DNA of 64,000 nucleotides from Dehalococcoidia bacterium (GCA_963662615.2 CAXXSR010000001.1:320001-384000); one strand, 5' to 3'. Positions 40,988-52,333 are shown, counted from the stretch's first letter. Program-made: numbers and translations. The notes: generated by a model not told the origin, from the letters alone.

Positions 40988-41700
40988 TCGCCTCGCTCGT
41001 TGTAGCGGGCGATGGCCTGGATGAGCTCCGCCCAGGCACGAACTGCTGCGTCTTGGAGGTCGGCCAACCGGTCGATATCTCGCTCTGTTGGTATCGCACC
41101 CGTCAACAACAGCAGGAATAGGTCGCGCGTCTCCACTATCAGCTGTGCATCTGCAATGAAGACGTCGAGTGTGCGGTTATGAACCTCCTCAAGCAGCTCC
41201 GGTGCTGGCAAGGCACTAAGCTCGGCGATTCTTGCATCAATTCGATCGACGAGATCCGAAACCTCCTCTAACTGCTTGCGTGCTGGCATTCGGCCGGCAA
41301 TGAGGTCATCAACTAGGCGCTGGCCCAACAGGGCGATACTCTCGCTATCTGCTTCGTGCGCATCTCGTAGCTGCACTGATTCCACGATGTATGTGCGCTC
41401 CTCGTCAGTTTGTATGGACGAGCACGCAAATGCTGGTAAGGAAAGAAAAAGTATTGCGGCGAGGATTGCTAGAGAGCGGCGCGGAAGCGCAAGGCTACCG
41501 AGGAATTCCACTGGCCACCTCGTGCGGATTCTGACAGGGATGTGACACACGTGAAAAGGCAAGCCTGGTAACTCGCCTCTGGTTTGGTACCCAGTGGTGG
41601 TGATCACGCGGCAACGTGGACGCTCTGCTGAGTGGCGGACCTCACTCTCGGGCCCCCTCTCCATCGGGGATGGAGAGGGGGGGCGTTCGCCCTTCGACAA
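40984..41700 (-). CDS. hypothetical lipoprotein (true start probably ~41510)
   Basis: RRSLAILAAILFLSLPAFAC lipobox, then a helical domain; the ORF's 5' part runs through a REP element. Confidence 0.55.
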   Translation of the reverse strand: MSKGERPPSPSPMERGPESEVRHSAERPRCRVITTTGYQTRGELPGLPFHVCHIPVRIRTRWPVEFLGSLALPRRSLAILAAILFLSLPAFACSSIQTDEERTYIVESVQLRDAHEADSESIALLGQRLVDDLIAGRMPARKQLEEVSDLVDRIDARIAELSALPAPELLEEVHNRTLDVFIADAQLIVETRDLFLLLLTGAIPTERDIDRLADLQDAAVRAWAELIQAIARYNERGE

Positions 41701-41734
41701 GCTCAGGGTGAGCGGGTTGGGGCTCGCGGGCTGG

Positions 41735-41962
41735 TTAGAGGAGGGCGCGCAGTTCCTCCGCAGTCAGGCCGGCTTGGCGGAGGATGCTTCGTAACGTGCC
41801 GGCGGGCAGGTCGCGGTTGCCGTGGACGGGCACAACGACGAGAGCGGCGGCGCCCGGCTTGCGCAGGTAGTGGTGGCTGCCGCGCACGTGTGTGAGCTCG
41901 AACCCGCCGCACTGGAGAGCGCGCACGACACGGCGCCCTCGCAGCCTGGGAAGGCGCGTTAC
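41735..41962 (-). CDS. hicA: HicA family toxin (no canonical start at the expected position)
   Basis: LPRLRGRRVVRALQCGGF..RGSHHYL..VPVHGNRDLPAGTLRSILRQAGL. Confidence 0.8.
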   Translation of the reverse strand, partial: VTRLPRLRGRRVVRALQCGGFELTHVRGSHHYLRKPGAAALVVVPVHGNRDLPAGTLRSILRQAGLTAEELRALL

Positions 41963-42192
41963 GCGATCGCGACTTCGAGGTCGACGAGTTCGGGGCCGCC
42001 GCCGGGCGGGACCGGGATGTCCTCTTTGGCGGCGGCCTCGAGGTAGCCGAGGATCGCCTCGCGCGTCTGCTCGAGCGCCTTCTCGCGGGTATCGCCGTAG
42101 GTGGAAAGATAGTTCAGGGCAGGAACAGTGGTGACCCAGACGTTGTCGTCGGCGTCGTAATCGATGAGTACCTTGAAGCGCCGGCTGGTCAT
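41959..42192 (-). CDS. hicB: HicB family antitoxin
   Basis: VPALNYLSTYGDTREKALEQTREAILGYLE; TACAAT -10 at 42225-42230. Confidence 0.85.
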   Translation of the reverse strand: MTSRRFKVLIDYDADDNVWVTTVPALNYLSTYGDTREKALEQTREAILGYLEAAAKEDIPVPPGGGPELVDLEVAIA

Positions 42193-42274
42193 GGCACACC
42201 TTCCTGGAGCGGGCGGAGTGTTTCCATTGTACGCCGTAGGTGCAGGAGTGACGTCCGTGCGGGCTGGGGCGGGG

Positions 42275-42650
42275 ACCTCACCCCCGGGCCCCCTCTCCAT
42301 CCGGAGATGGAGAGGGGGAGGCGTTCGCCCTTCGACCCTTCGACAAGCTCAGGGTGAGCGGTTTCTTGGACGCGCGCTCGAGGCGCATCCGCGACATCGC
42401 GGCGGTGGTCGTGCCGTTCGCCCCTTCGACAGGCTCAGGACGAACGGGTAGAGAACAGGCTCCTTCGGCTGCGCGAAGGACAGGTCAGGGTGAGCGGGTT
42501 GAGAACAAGCTCAGGGTGAGCGGTTTTTTCCACGCGCGCTCGCAGCTCGTCCGGGGCAGCGCGGGGTTGGGGGTGGCTCGCGCCGGGGGTTGATGAGCGG
42601 GGCGGGGGTCGTGGCGTTCGCCCCTTCGACTGGCTCAGGACGAACGGGTG
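42275..42650 (+). repeat. mosaic REP/82-bp repeat cluster
   Basis: All three repeat motifs present. Confidence 0.8.
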
Positions 42651-42652
42651 GG

Positions 42653-43543
42653 TCAGTCGATGAGGGCGCGCTCTTTGAGGGTGCGCTGCATGGTGGCGCC
42701 GATGCGGGCGGGGCTGCGGCTGATGGTGGCGCCGGCGTCGGCGAGGGCTTTGATCTTGGCGGCGGCGGTGCCGCTGGCGCCTTCGATGATGGCGCCGGCG
42801 TGGCCCATGCGGCGGCCCGGTGGGGCGGTGGCGCCGGCGACGAAGGCGACGACGGGCTTGCGCATGTGGCGCTTGATGTAGGCGGCGGAGGCCTGCTCGG
42901 CGGTGCCGCCGATCTCGCCGATGAGGACGACGGCGTCGGTGGCGCTGTCGTTGTTGAACAGCTCCAGCACCTCGACCGGGGAGGTGCCGATGAGGGGGTC
43001 GCCGCCGACGCCGACGCAGGTGGACTGGCCGATGCCGAGTCGGCTGAGCTGGTCGACGGCCTCGTAGACGAGGGTGCCGGAGCGGGAGACGACGCCGACG
43101 CGGCCGGCGCTGAAGACGTTCGTCGGCATGATGCCAACGCGGCACTTGGCGGCGGGGGTGATCAGGCCGGGGCAGTTGGGGCCGATGAGGCGGCTGCGAC
43201 CGTCGCGCAGCGCCGCCTTCACGCGCAGCATGTCCTGCACGGGCACGCCCTCGGTGATGCAGATGATCAGGGGGACGGCGGTGGCCACGCTCTCCAGGAT
43301 GGCGTCGGCGGCGCCGGGGGCGGGCACGAAGATGATGGAGCAGGTGGGCTTGCGTCGGGCGACGGCCTCCTCGGCGGTGTCGTAGACGGGGAAGCCCTCG
43401 AAGCGGGCGCCGCCGCGGAAGGAGGGGTGGACGCCGGCGACGACGTCGGTGCCGTAGGCGAGGGAGCGGCGGATGTGGTTCTGCCCCTCGGCGCCGAGGC
43501 CCTGGACCATGACGCGCGTACGTCGGCCGACGAGGATGCTCAT
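42653..43543 (-). CDS. sucD: succinyl-CoA synthetase alpha subunit
   Basis: IGPNCPG, SRSGTL, IGEIGG, RMGHAGA. Confidence 0.96.
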   Translation of the reverse strand: MSILVGRRTRVMVQGLGAEGQNHIRRSLAYGTDVVAGVHPSFRGGARFEGFPVYDTAEEAVARRKPTCSIIFVPAPGAADAILESVATAVPLIICITEGVPVQDMLRVKAALRDGRSRLIGPNCPGLITPAAKCRVGIMPTNVFSAGRVGVVSRSGTLVYEAVDQLSRLGIGQSTCVGVGGDPLIGTSPVEVLELFNNDSATDAVVLIGEIGGTAEQASAAYIKRHMRKPVVAFVAGATAPPGRRMGHAGAIIEGASGTAAAKIKALADAGATISRSPARIGATMQRTLKERALID

Positions 43544-43639
43544 GTTTTTCCTGTCGGGCTAACCGAGATGATGTGGTCCCTGAACGTCGATGGGTTCGCA
43601 GCCGGGGCGTGCCGCAGTATTGACTTCCTAACGGCCTCC

Positions 43640-44050
43640 GGCTTTTTCGACGCGCGCTCGCGGGTCATCCGGGCTCGCGCGGCGTTGGTGGCGGCTCGCG
43701 CCGGCGGTTGATGAGCGGGGCGGTTTTTTTGACCCGCGCTCGCGGGGCATTCGGGGTCGCGCGGCGTTGGTGGCGGCTCGCGCCGGCGGTTGATGAGCGG
43801 GGCGGTTTTTTTGACCCGCGCTCGCGGGGCATTCGGGGTCGCGCGGCGTTGGTGGCGGCTCGCGCCGGCGGTTGATGAGCGGGGCGGTTTTTTTGACCCG
43901 CGCTCGCGGGGCATTCGGGGTCGCGCGGCGTTGGTGGCGGCTCGCGCCGGCGGTTGATGAGCGGGGCGGTTTTTTTGACCCGCGCTCGCGGGGCATTCGG
44001 GGTCGCGCGGCGTTGGTGGCGGCTCGCGCCGGCGCCTGATGAGCGGGGCG
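43640..44050 (+). repeat. tandem array of 5 x 82-bp units between sucC and sucD
   Basis: GAC(C/G)CGCGCTCGCGG at 43649, 43731, 43813, 43895 and 43977 (period 82). Confidence 0.95.
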
Positions 44051-44068
44051 GGGGTCCTACTGGCGGTG

Positions 44069-45340
<1,272 letters not shown>

Positions 45341-45469
45341 GGCGGCGGAGCTCCCGGGCGCAGCGGCTCGTCTTGGCGGTCGGCGCAAGCAGGCCAGGTG
45401 GACGATAGCTCCGCGCTGGGGGTGCGGCAAGAACGGTGGCGCTGGGGCGGGGATGGCAGTCGCAGGCCA

Positions 45470-46110
45470 CTTTATCGACGCGCGCTCGCGGGTCGCCGGG
45501 GGTCGCGCGGCGTTGATGGCCGCTCGCGCCGAGGGTTGATGATCTGGGCGATATTTGGAGCGTTCGTCCTTCGACCCTTCGGCAAGCTCAGGACAGGCAG
45601 GCTCAGGGCGGACGGACGACATCACCCCCCGGCCCCCTCTCCATCCTTCCGCTGGAAGGATGGAGAGGGGGAGCGATGGATATCGTCATTCGACAGGTTC
45701 CTTCTGCTGCGCGAAGGACAGGTCAGGAGGACCGGCTTTTTCCGACGCGCGCTCGCGGGTCGTCGGGGCTCGCGCGGCGTTGGTGGCCGCTCGCGCCGGC
45801 GCCTGGTGATCGGGGCGGTGGTCGTCTCGTTCGCTCTCTGCGAAGCTCGTCCGGGAAGCGCGCGCCGTATCCTGAGTGAGCAGGTTTTTCGACGCGCGCT
45901 CGAATCTCGTCCGAATGTGCACCGCGTTGGTGGCGGCTCGCGCCGAGAGTTGATGAGCTGGGAGGTGGTCCTTCCGTTCGCCCCTTCGACAAGCTCAGGA
46001 CGAACGGATGGGGCGTCCAGGGGAGGCAGGTTCAGGAGGACCCTTCGACAAGCTCAGGACGAACGGGGGATTGCCGCGTTCGCCCTTCGACAAGCTCAGG
46101 ACGAACGGAT
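45470..46110 (+). repeat. large mosaic REP/82-bp repeat cluster
   Basis: Three 82-bp-type units, at least five REP-like units and one CCCCTCTCC palindrome. Confidence 0.85.
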
Positions 46111-46159
46111 GGGGCGTTCAGGGCGGCGGGTTCAGGAGGAACGGGGTTCTGGATGATTC

Positions 46160-47722
46160 ATGGCTGAACTGTCATCGCGGAGGGGGCACGAGCGTTCGTC
46201 GCTGGGCGGTGGCGTGAGCCGGCGGACGTTCCTGCGTCGGGGGGTGCAGGCGACCGCGGGCGCAGCCGGGCTGGCGCTGGTGGGCTGCGGCGGCAGCGCC
46301 AACAGTGACAGCGCCAACAAAGACGAGGTCGACGCGGTGGCGCCGGTCGCTGAACCCGCGTCGGCAGCTGGGCCGGCGCCGAGGGTTGAGCCCGTGCCGA
46401 ATGTCGAGCCCGTGCCGAATGGCGAGCCGGCGCCGGCAGTCGCGCCTGGCGGTGAGCGACGCCGGCTGCTCCCCGACCGTCGTTGCGATGCCTGCACGAT
46501 TGAGGATCCCGAGTTCGAGCCGCTGCCGGGGGCGCGGGCGCGCTTCGGGATCCACGAGGGCGCGGCGTACCGCATGGAAGCGCCGCAGAATTGGAACGGG
46601 ACGTTGGTGCTGTGGGCGCACGGCTTCCCCGGCCTCAACGACGCGGGGACGGACTACAGCGACGTGCTGCGCTTCGGCGGGCAGATCGAGGGACGCGAGG
46701 AGTTGATCGCGAACGGCGTCGCCTGGGCGGCGAGCACGTATGGGGCGACGGGCTACGTGCCGGCGGTGGGCGTGGACGACCTGCTGGAGGTGAAGGATCT
46801 GTTTGCGGCGGAGTTCGGGGCGCCGGCCCGCAGCGTCTGCGCGGGCGGGTCGATGGGTGGGGCGACGGCGCAACTGATGGCGCAGGAGTTTCCCGAGGAG
46901 ATCGATGGCGCGGTGGCGCTCTGCGGGGCGCTGTCCAACGTGGAGGTGGTGGACTACATCTTCTCCTGGCACGCGCTGGCGTTGTGGTTTTTGGGGGCGC
47001 CGCCGGAGCGTACGGACGCGGCCAGCCTGATCGCGTGGGCGGGGCCGCTGGGGACGGTGGACCAGTCGGGCGAGTTGCGGCTCAGTGCCGCCGGGCGCCG
47101 GTTCGCCGCCGTGGTGCGCAGGCTGACGGGGGGCGAGCGCTGGGGCTTTGAGGCGGGACTGGCGGATCACTGGCGCACCGGCTTCGGGCTGGGCGCCGTC
47201 TACTGGCCCGCGGTCCTGGCGACGGGGCTGGCCGGCACGCCGGGGGCGGTGGTGCGCGTCGATCCGGCCGTGGTGGGGGGCGTGGACACGCGGGGGGCCG
47301 TCTACGGCGCCGAGCCGGGGGTGGGTGTGGATGCGGCGGCGCTCAACGCCGAGGTCCTGCGCTTGACCGTCGATGCGGCGGACCGACGCGATCCGGCCCT
47401 GGGCGTGGCCACGGGGCGGCTGGGTGTGCCTCTGCTGACGCTGAAGAGCACGGGCGACCTTTGGACCCCGATCTCGCTGGAGGCGTCATATCTGGCGCGG
47501 GTGCGCGCCGCCGGCGACGAGGACAATCTGGTGACGCGAGCGGTGCGCCGCGCCGGGCACTGCAACTTTTCACCGCAGGAGGTGCTGCGCGCGATCCTGG
47601 ACTTGCAGCGGTGGGTGGAGAGCGGCGAGCGCCCCGCCGGGGACGATCTCAGCGGCGACCTGCGCGCCGCGGGCGTGGCCTTTACGAACCCGTTTGACCG
47701 GGACGATCCGCTAGCGCGGTAA
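46160..47722 (+). CDS. Tat-exported lipoprotein, alpha/beta hydrolase fold
   Basis: SRRTFL twin-arginine motif, LVGC lipobox, WAHG, GGSMGG, GHC. Confidence 0.82.
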   Translation: MAELSSRRGHERSSLGGGVSRRTFLRRGVQATAGAAGLALVGCGGSANSDSANKDEVDAVAPVAEPASAAGPAPRVEPVPNVEPVPNGEPAPAVAPGGERRRLLPDRRCDACTIEDPEFEPLPGARARFGIHEGAAYRMEAPQNWNGTLVLWAHGFPGLNDAGTDYSDVLRFGGQIEGREELIANGVAWAASTYGATGYVPAVGVDDLLEVKDLFAAEFGAPARSVCAGGSMGGATAQLMAQEFPEEIDGAVALCGALSNVEVVDYIFSWHALALWFLGAPPERTDAASLIAWAGPLGTVDQSGELRLSAAGRRFAAVVRRLTGGERWGFEAGLADHWRTGFGLGAVYWPAVLATGLAGTPGAVVRVDPAVVGGVDTRGAVYGAEPGVGVDAAALNAEVLRLTVDAADRRDPALGVATGRLGVPLLTLKSTGDLWTPISLEASYLARVRAAGDEDNLVTRAVRRAGHCNFSPQEVLRAILDLQRWVESGERPAGDDLSGDLRAAGVAFTNPFDRDDPLAR

Positions 47723-48018
47723 CGCGCTCTTTTCAGGGGGGACCGAAAAGCGGGCGGCGCGGCAGAACAGGGACCGTCCGGCCGCATTCCAGGAGATGGC
47801 GTCACGCGTATGGGGAGGCGAAACGGAGCGGGGGCATTGTTTATTGATGTTGGCGATGTGTGCTTTCAAGGTGTGGTCGGCTTTTTTACGTCGTAGGTCA
47901 TTTGGGTTGCCCTTTGTTTTCTTGCTGCTGTGAACTGCCTGGGTATCAAGCTGGGAATCGGGGCGAAATGTGCGCCTTGTTAGACGGCGCGCCGCCTCTA
48001 TCGATCGCCGCTTCGAAC

Positions 48019-48441
48019 CTATGGGAGGTGCCCCAACGCCCGGAGTATCGCCATGTTGTCCCAGGTCACCCACCACTCCGAGATCTTTCCATTCTCCAGG
48101 CGGAAGACAGCCCCGAAATCAAACCGCGCTGTTATCCCCGAAGGCGGAAACGGCCCCATCGGCCCCTTCTGTGTGCCCTCGTACGTCGCCCATACGGCTA
48201 CGAGATCGTCCTCGGCAACGAGATGCGTGATCGTCTGAGTGGAATCGGGAAAGACTTCCGTGTCCTGCCGTAGAAAATCCTTGACCTGATTAAGACTGCG
48301 GACGTCGAGACCCGGAGTTGCCTGGCAATGCCGGACGACGTCCGTAGCGATGAGGTCGTCGAGCCCATCAAGCTGACGGCTGTTCATGGCTTCCCAGAAC
48401 CGCCGGATCACGGCCTTGTTCTGCTCGCTGGTCGTGGGCAC
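48019..48441 (-). CDS. SnoaL-like ester cyclase
   Basis: EQNKAVIRRF, FPD, VAEDDLV, GPFPPSG, FRLENGKI; RBS AAGGAG. Confidence 0.85.
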   Translation of the reverse strand: MPTTSEQNKAVIRRFWEAMNSRQLDGLDDLIATDVVRHCQATPGLDVRSLNQVKDFLRQDTEVFPDSTQTITHLVAEDDLVAVWATYEGTQKGPMGPFPPSGITARFDFGAVFRLENGKISEWWVTWDNMAILRALGHLP

Positions 48442-48619
48442 CGAGATTCTCCTTCCCTACCTGTCTCGCATCCCTCGCATGTACAGTCGGGCGGTCCGCA
48501 GTGAAGGCCATGATCTTGTAATTCCCAGATCAAAACTGATTGCCCTGCACGTGGGACCCTCTGGCGTGCCGTGAACTATAAAACGGCAGCGCCCCCTTTC
48601 GGTCGCCGGGATCACCGTG

Positions 48620-49162
48620 TTAGTGCTGCCGACGGAACTGCGTTTCGATGTCGTTGATGATCTCGCCGGCGCGCGCTTCGAATTCTCGGGCCAGACCCTC
48701 CCAATCGCGTCGTTGCCGCTGCTCCGCCCTCTTGCGGCGGCGCGGGGAGGGGCTCAGGCGCATGCCGGTGACGAGCGTGATGCTGAGTGCGAAGACCGTC
48801 CAGCCCCAGGCGGTGGCGTCGCCCTGCGAGTTGGCGAAGTCGATGGTCTGAGTGGTGAGGAGGCCGAGGAGGATCGCCAGCGTCGTGGCGATGGGCTCGA
48901 ACCGGGGGACGCGCAGGCGGACGTCGGCGCCGTGGAGTTCCAGGCCCAGGATCTGGGGCCGGCGGCGCGTCTCGTCACCGCGGCCGAAGGGGAGCAGGCC
49001 GCCCCCGAGCAGGGTGTCGCGGGCGACGATGGCGGTGGCCAAGCCGAAGGCGACCCAGGCCACCCAATGGGTGTCGCCGTCGGAGTCGAGGAAGTCGAGG
49101 GTGCCGACGACGAGGAGGCCCAGCAGCACGGTCGTGGCGGCCGGGAGCACGCTCAGCGTCAT
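48620..49162 (-). CDS. hypothetical membrane protein with internal duplication
   Basis: Two LGLL..DF..S.GD..W..W..F.L segments; TACCAT 6 nt before the ATG (leaderless-like). Confidence 0.65.
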   Translation of the reverse strand: MTLSVLPAATTVLLGLLVVGTLDFLDSDGDTHWVAWVAFGLATAIVARDTLLGGGLLPFGRGDETRRRPQILGLELHGADVRLRVPRFEPIATTLAILLGLLTTQTIDFANSQGDATAWGWTVFALSITLVTGMRLSPSPRRRKRAEQRQRRDWEGLAREFEARAGEIINDIETQFRRQH

Positions 49163-49177
49163 GGCGGCATGGTACCG

Positions 49178-49610
49178 GTTTTTTTGACGCGCGCTCGCGG
49201 GTGATTCGGGGTCGCGCGGCGTTGGCGGCGGCTCGCGCCGGCGGTTGGATGAGCGGGGCGGTTTTTTTTGACGCGCGCTCGCGGTTTTTTTCACGCGCGC
49301 TCGCGGGTGATGCGGGGTCGCGCGGCGTTGGTGGCGGCTCGCGCCAGCGCTTGATCAGAGGGCACGGTTTTCTTGACGCGCGCTCGCGGCTTTTTTCACG
49401 CGCGCTCGCGGGTGATTCGGGGTCGCGCGGCGTTGGTGGCGGCTCGCGCCGAGGGTTGACGCTGTGGGCGATGTCGGCGCCACTCGTCCTTCGACCCTTC
49501 GACAGGCTCCTTCCTAGGACGGAAGGACTGGTCAGGACGAACGGATTGGGCGTTCAGGGAAGGCAGGCGGAGGAGGCCCCTTCGTCCTTCCCGAGGGGAA
49601 GGATCAGGGC
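49178..49610 (+). repeat. mosaic REP/82-bp repeat cluster
   Basis: Three full and two partial 82-bp units plus REP-like units. Confidence 0.85.
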
Positions 49611-49661
49611 CGGCTCTTGGGCCCTTCCGTGAGCGCAGGGGGGCCGAGATATTCTGGGAAC

Positions 49662-50303
49662 ATGGGGCCAGCTGACGATCCGCCGGCGCGCGTCTGGAGC
49701 GCACGCGACCTGGCCGAGTTCCGGCCGCACATCCTGCTGGGCATTCTGCCCATTGCGGTGTTCTGGTCGGTGCGGCAGGTGGCGGAGACGCCGGTGGCCA
49801 TTGGCGCCGGTTTCGCGGCGGCGCTGCTGGTGTTCGCCGTCAACCGCCAGCGCGGAACCATTGGCTATCTGGCGCTGGCGGGCATGGTGGTGGTGGGGGG
49901 CGCGTCGCTGGCCGGCATTGTCCTGGACAGCGATAAGGCGTTCCTGGCCAACGATGCTGTTGGCGACTTCGTCGCTATGTTCGCCTTCGCCGGCAGCGTG
50001 CTTATTGGGCGGCCGCTGTTGGGCGTTCTGGTCTGCGAGGTGTTTCCGCGACTGTCGTCCGTTCTGGGTCCGCGGCATCCGGTCTTCGTGCGGCTGTCGC
50101 TGCTGTGGGCCGTGCAGAACCTGTTGACCGGGGTGGTGCGGGTGGTGATGTTGCAGGAGTTCTCGACGGATGAGTACATCCTCTTCAGCCGCGCGGTGTC
50201 GTGGCCGCTGGGGCTGGGCCTGTTCGCCGTTTCGTCTTTCTTGATCGCTCGCGCGGTGCGTGAGCGTGTGCTCGCGGCGCAGACGGGGGACGGGTCGGGC
50301 TGA
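49662..50303 (+). CDS. membrane protein (DUF3159/VC0807-like)
   Basis: Six hydrophobic segments; SVLIGRPL and LSLLW motifs. Confidence 0.6.
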   Translation: MGPADDPPARVWSARDLAEFRPHILLGILPIAVFWSVRQVAETPVAIGAGFAAALLVFAVNRQRGTIGYLALAGMVVVGGASLAGIVLDSDKAFLANDAVGDFVAMFAFAGSVLIGRPLLGVLVCEVFPRLSSVLGPRHPVFVRLSLLWAVQNLLTGVVRVVMLQEFSTDEYILFSRAVSWPLGLGLFAVSSFLIARAVRERVLAAQTGDGSG

Positions 50304-50361
50304 GGGGGCAGGCGAGCGGCGGTCGAGCGCGCCCGCACCATGCGGACGAGGCCGCGCCTGC

Positions 50362-51147
50362 TCAGGTTGTTCCCGGCGGTGGCGCTGCCGCCGCGTCGCC
50401 GTTCATGCGCGTCAACGTCTCTTGCAGGTCCGCGATGCGGTCCTCCAGCCGATGAAGCTGGGTCATCACGTCATCGGTCGGGCTCCGCGGGTTCCGATCA
50501 TTGTTCTCGGACTCCAGGAAAAAGGCGGCAATGTTGGCCGTGAGGATGCCGAAGAAGCCGATGCCGACCAGCATCAGCGCTACGCCCAGGACGCGGCCCT
50601 CGGTGCTGACCGGGACAGTGTCGCCGTAGCCCACCGTGGTCACGGTCGCCGTCGCCCACCAGAGCGCCGTGCCGAAGTCGGCAATGGTGCCCTCCGTATC
50701 CTCCTCCAGGACGGAGACGGCGCCGGCGGTGCCTATCACGAAGATGACGCTGGTGAGAACGGCGTAGTGGAGCGAGTGGCGGCCGAACAGCCGTCCACCC
50801 CGCTTGTGCGCGCGCATCAGAAGCGCCCCGAGTCGCAGGGCTCGTACTACTCGCAACGCCCGCAGCGGTCGCAGGAAGGGCACGATCACGATGACCACGT
50901 CGTACCAGTGGCTGATCAGGTACGAGCGGCGGTCCGGCGCGAGATAGGTCTTGACCCCCAGCTCCACGGCGAAGAGCGCCCAGATCCCGTAGTCGGCGGC
51001 GAGCAGCGCCGTTTCGGCGGCGTCCGGCAGCTCTGCCACGAAGGGGATGACGAGCATGGGAACGATCAGCAGCGAGATGACGGTCATGGGCACATCGGTC
51101 GCGCGTTCGAACCTGGCAAAGGCCCGTTGACGGCGTTCTAGCTCCAC
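50362..51147 (-). CDS. voltage-gated-type potassium channel
   Basis: S4 segment LRPLRALRVVRALR; WWATATVTTVGYGD selectivity filter; RBS GAGGAGG. Confidence 0.92.
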   Translation of the reverse strand: MELERRQRAFARFERATDVPMTVISLLIVPMLVIPFVAELPDAAETALLAADYGIWALFAVELGVKTYLAPDRRSYLISHWYDVVIVIVPFLRPLRALRVVRALRLGALLMRAHKRGGRLFGRHSLHYAVLTSVIFVIGTAGAVSVLEEDTEGTIADFGTALWWATATVTTVGYGDTVPVSTEGRVLGVALMLVGIGFFGILTANIAAFFLESENNDRNPRSPTDDVMTQLHRLEDRIADLQETLTRMNGDAAAAPPPGTT

Positions 51148-51525
51148 GGTGCACCTCCTCAGGCGATGCGGCAGCGGTTGGGGGCATGGTAGGGAGCCGC
51201 GCATCTTCCCCAAGGGGGCGATGATGTGTCGCCGGGGTGCCTCCCCCCGGCCCCGTTTTTCTCTCCCACCCACCCACCCTGGGCGACCGGGGGCTCCAGT
51301 GGTCACTGTCGTTCGCACCTCCGTCCTTCCCGAGGGGAAGGATCAGGACAGGCAGGCTTCCTTCCGCGCCGCGGAAGGACTGATCGCCTTCCATGCGGGG
51401 AAGGACAGGTCGGGACAGGTGAGGACGGGCGGGATCGCCCCGCGGCGCGAAGGAGGGATGAAGGCGAACGAAGGCTGGCGTGTCCGTGATCGGCCGTCCC
51501 CTCTCCTGTACTGGGGGCCGACCCG

Positions 51526-51552
51526 TAAGGACTCGCCGTGGTGTGTCGATGA
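51526..51552 (+). promoter_or_regulatory. sigma28 (FliA/WhiG)-like promoter
   Basis: TAAG-n15-GTCGATGA versus consensus TAAA-n15-GCCGATAA. Confidence 0.55.
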
Positions 51553-51602
51553 TTAGCGCAGAGGAGCCATTCGGTTCACCGCGTGGAGGATGGCGCAGCC
51601 CT

Positions 51603-52322
51603 ATGCAGAGCCAGGCCTACGCCCCGGACAGCGCCCCGGACAGCGCCGCGATTGATTACGTGCGGCGGATTCCGCCCCTCCCGCGCGCCTGCCGGCGAGT
51701 CATCGCGATTAGCAGGGACCCGGGCGCGAGCGGGCGCAAGCTGGCAGCCGCGATTGGTTCCGATCCGCGCATGGCCATGAAGGTGATGGGCTACGCGAAC
51801 AGCGCGGCGCTGGCGCGACGGTCGCCCGCGCAGACGGTGGCGGAGGCGGTGATGCGCATTGGCTTCGAGGAGGCGCGGCGGCTGGCGCTGGGCGCGGCCA
51901 TGCTGTCCACCTTCGGGGCGCGCACCTCCCTCCTCGATCTTGATGACGTGTTCAACCAGGGGGTGGAGGTCTCCCGCGCCTGGGGGGCCGAGGGCGAGGT
52001 GGCCGGCGTGGCCGGGGTGCTCCAGCACGTGGGGCTGCTGGCGATGACGGTGGATTCGCAACGGTTTCGCAATTACGTGCTGCAAGTGGCGCGAACACGG
52101 GACTACGAGGACCTGCACTGCCTGGAGCAGCAGCTGTACGGCGTGACCCGCTGCGATCTCACGGCGCTGGCGGCCGTGGCGTGGCGGCTGCCGCGCCCGA
52201 TCATTGACGTGCTCTCGCAGTGGCACGTGTGCCGGCCAGGGGACCTGACCTTGTACGTCGCCGCGCATGCGTGCGCGGAGGCGTCGCCGTCGCCGCTGCT
52301 GCGGTGGCTGGGAATTCGCTAG
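51603..52322 (+). CDS. HDOD domain protein
   Basis: IPPLP, DPRMAMKVMGYANSA, TVAEAVMRIG, GVLQHVG, WRLP. Confidence 0.82.
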   Translation: MQSQAYAPDSAPDSAAIDYVRRIPPLPRACRRVIAISRDPGASGRKLAAAIGSDPRMAMKVMGYANSAALARRSPAQTVAEAVMRIGFEEARRLALGAAMLSTFGARTSLLDLDDVFNQGVEVSRAWGAEGEVAGVAGVLQHVGLLAMTVDSQRFRNYVLQVARTRDYEDLHCLEQQLYGVTRCDLTALAAVAWRLPRPIIDVLSQWHVCRPGDLTLYVAAHACAEASPSPLLRWLGIR

Positions 52323-52333
52323 CAGCCGGACTT

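Noticed and set aside
43640-44050. CRISPR array
   Set aside because: Units are contiguous 82-bp near-identical copies with no unique spacers, and there are no cas genes.
47711-48076. 121-aa minus-strand ORF over the AT-richer patch
   Set aside because: Overlaps the SnoaL gene, has no RBS or motif; the patch remains unexplained.
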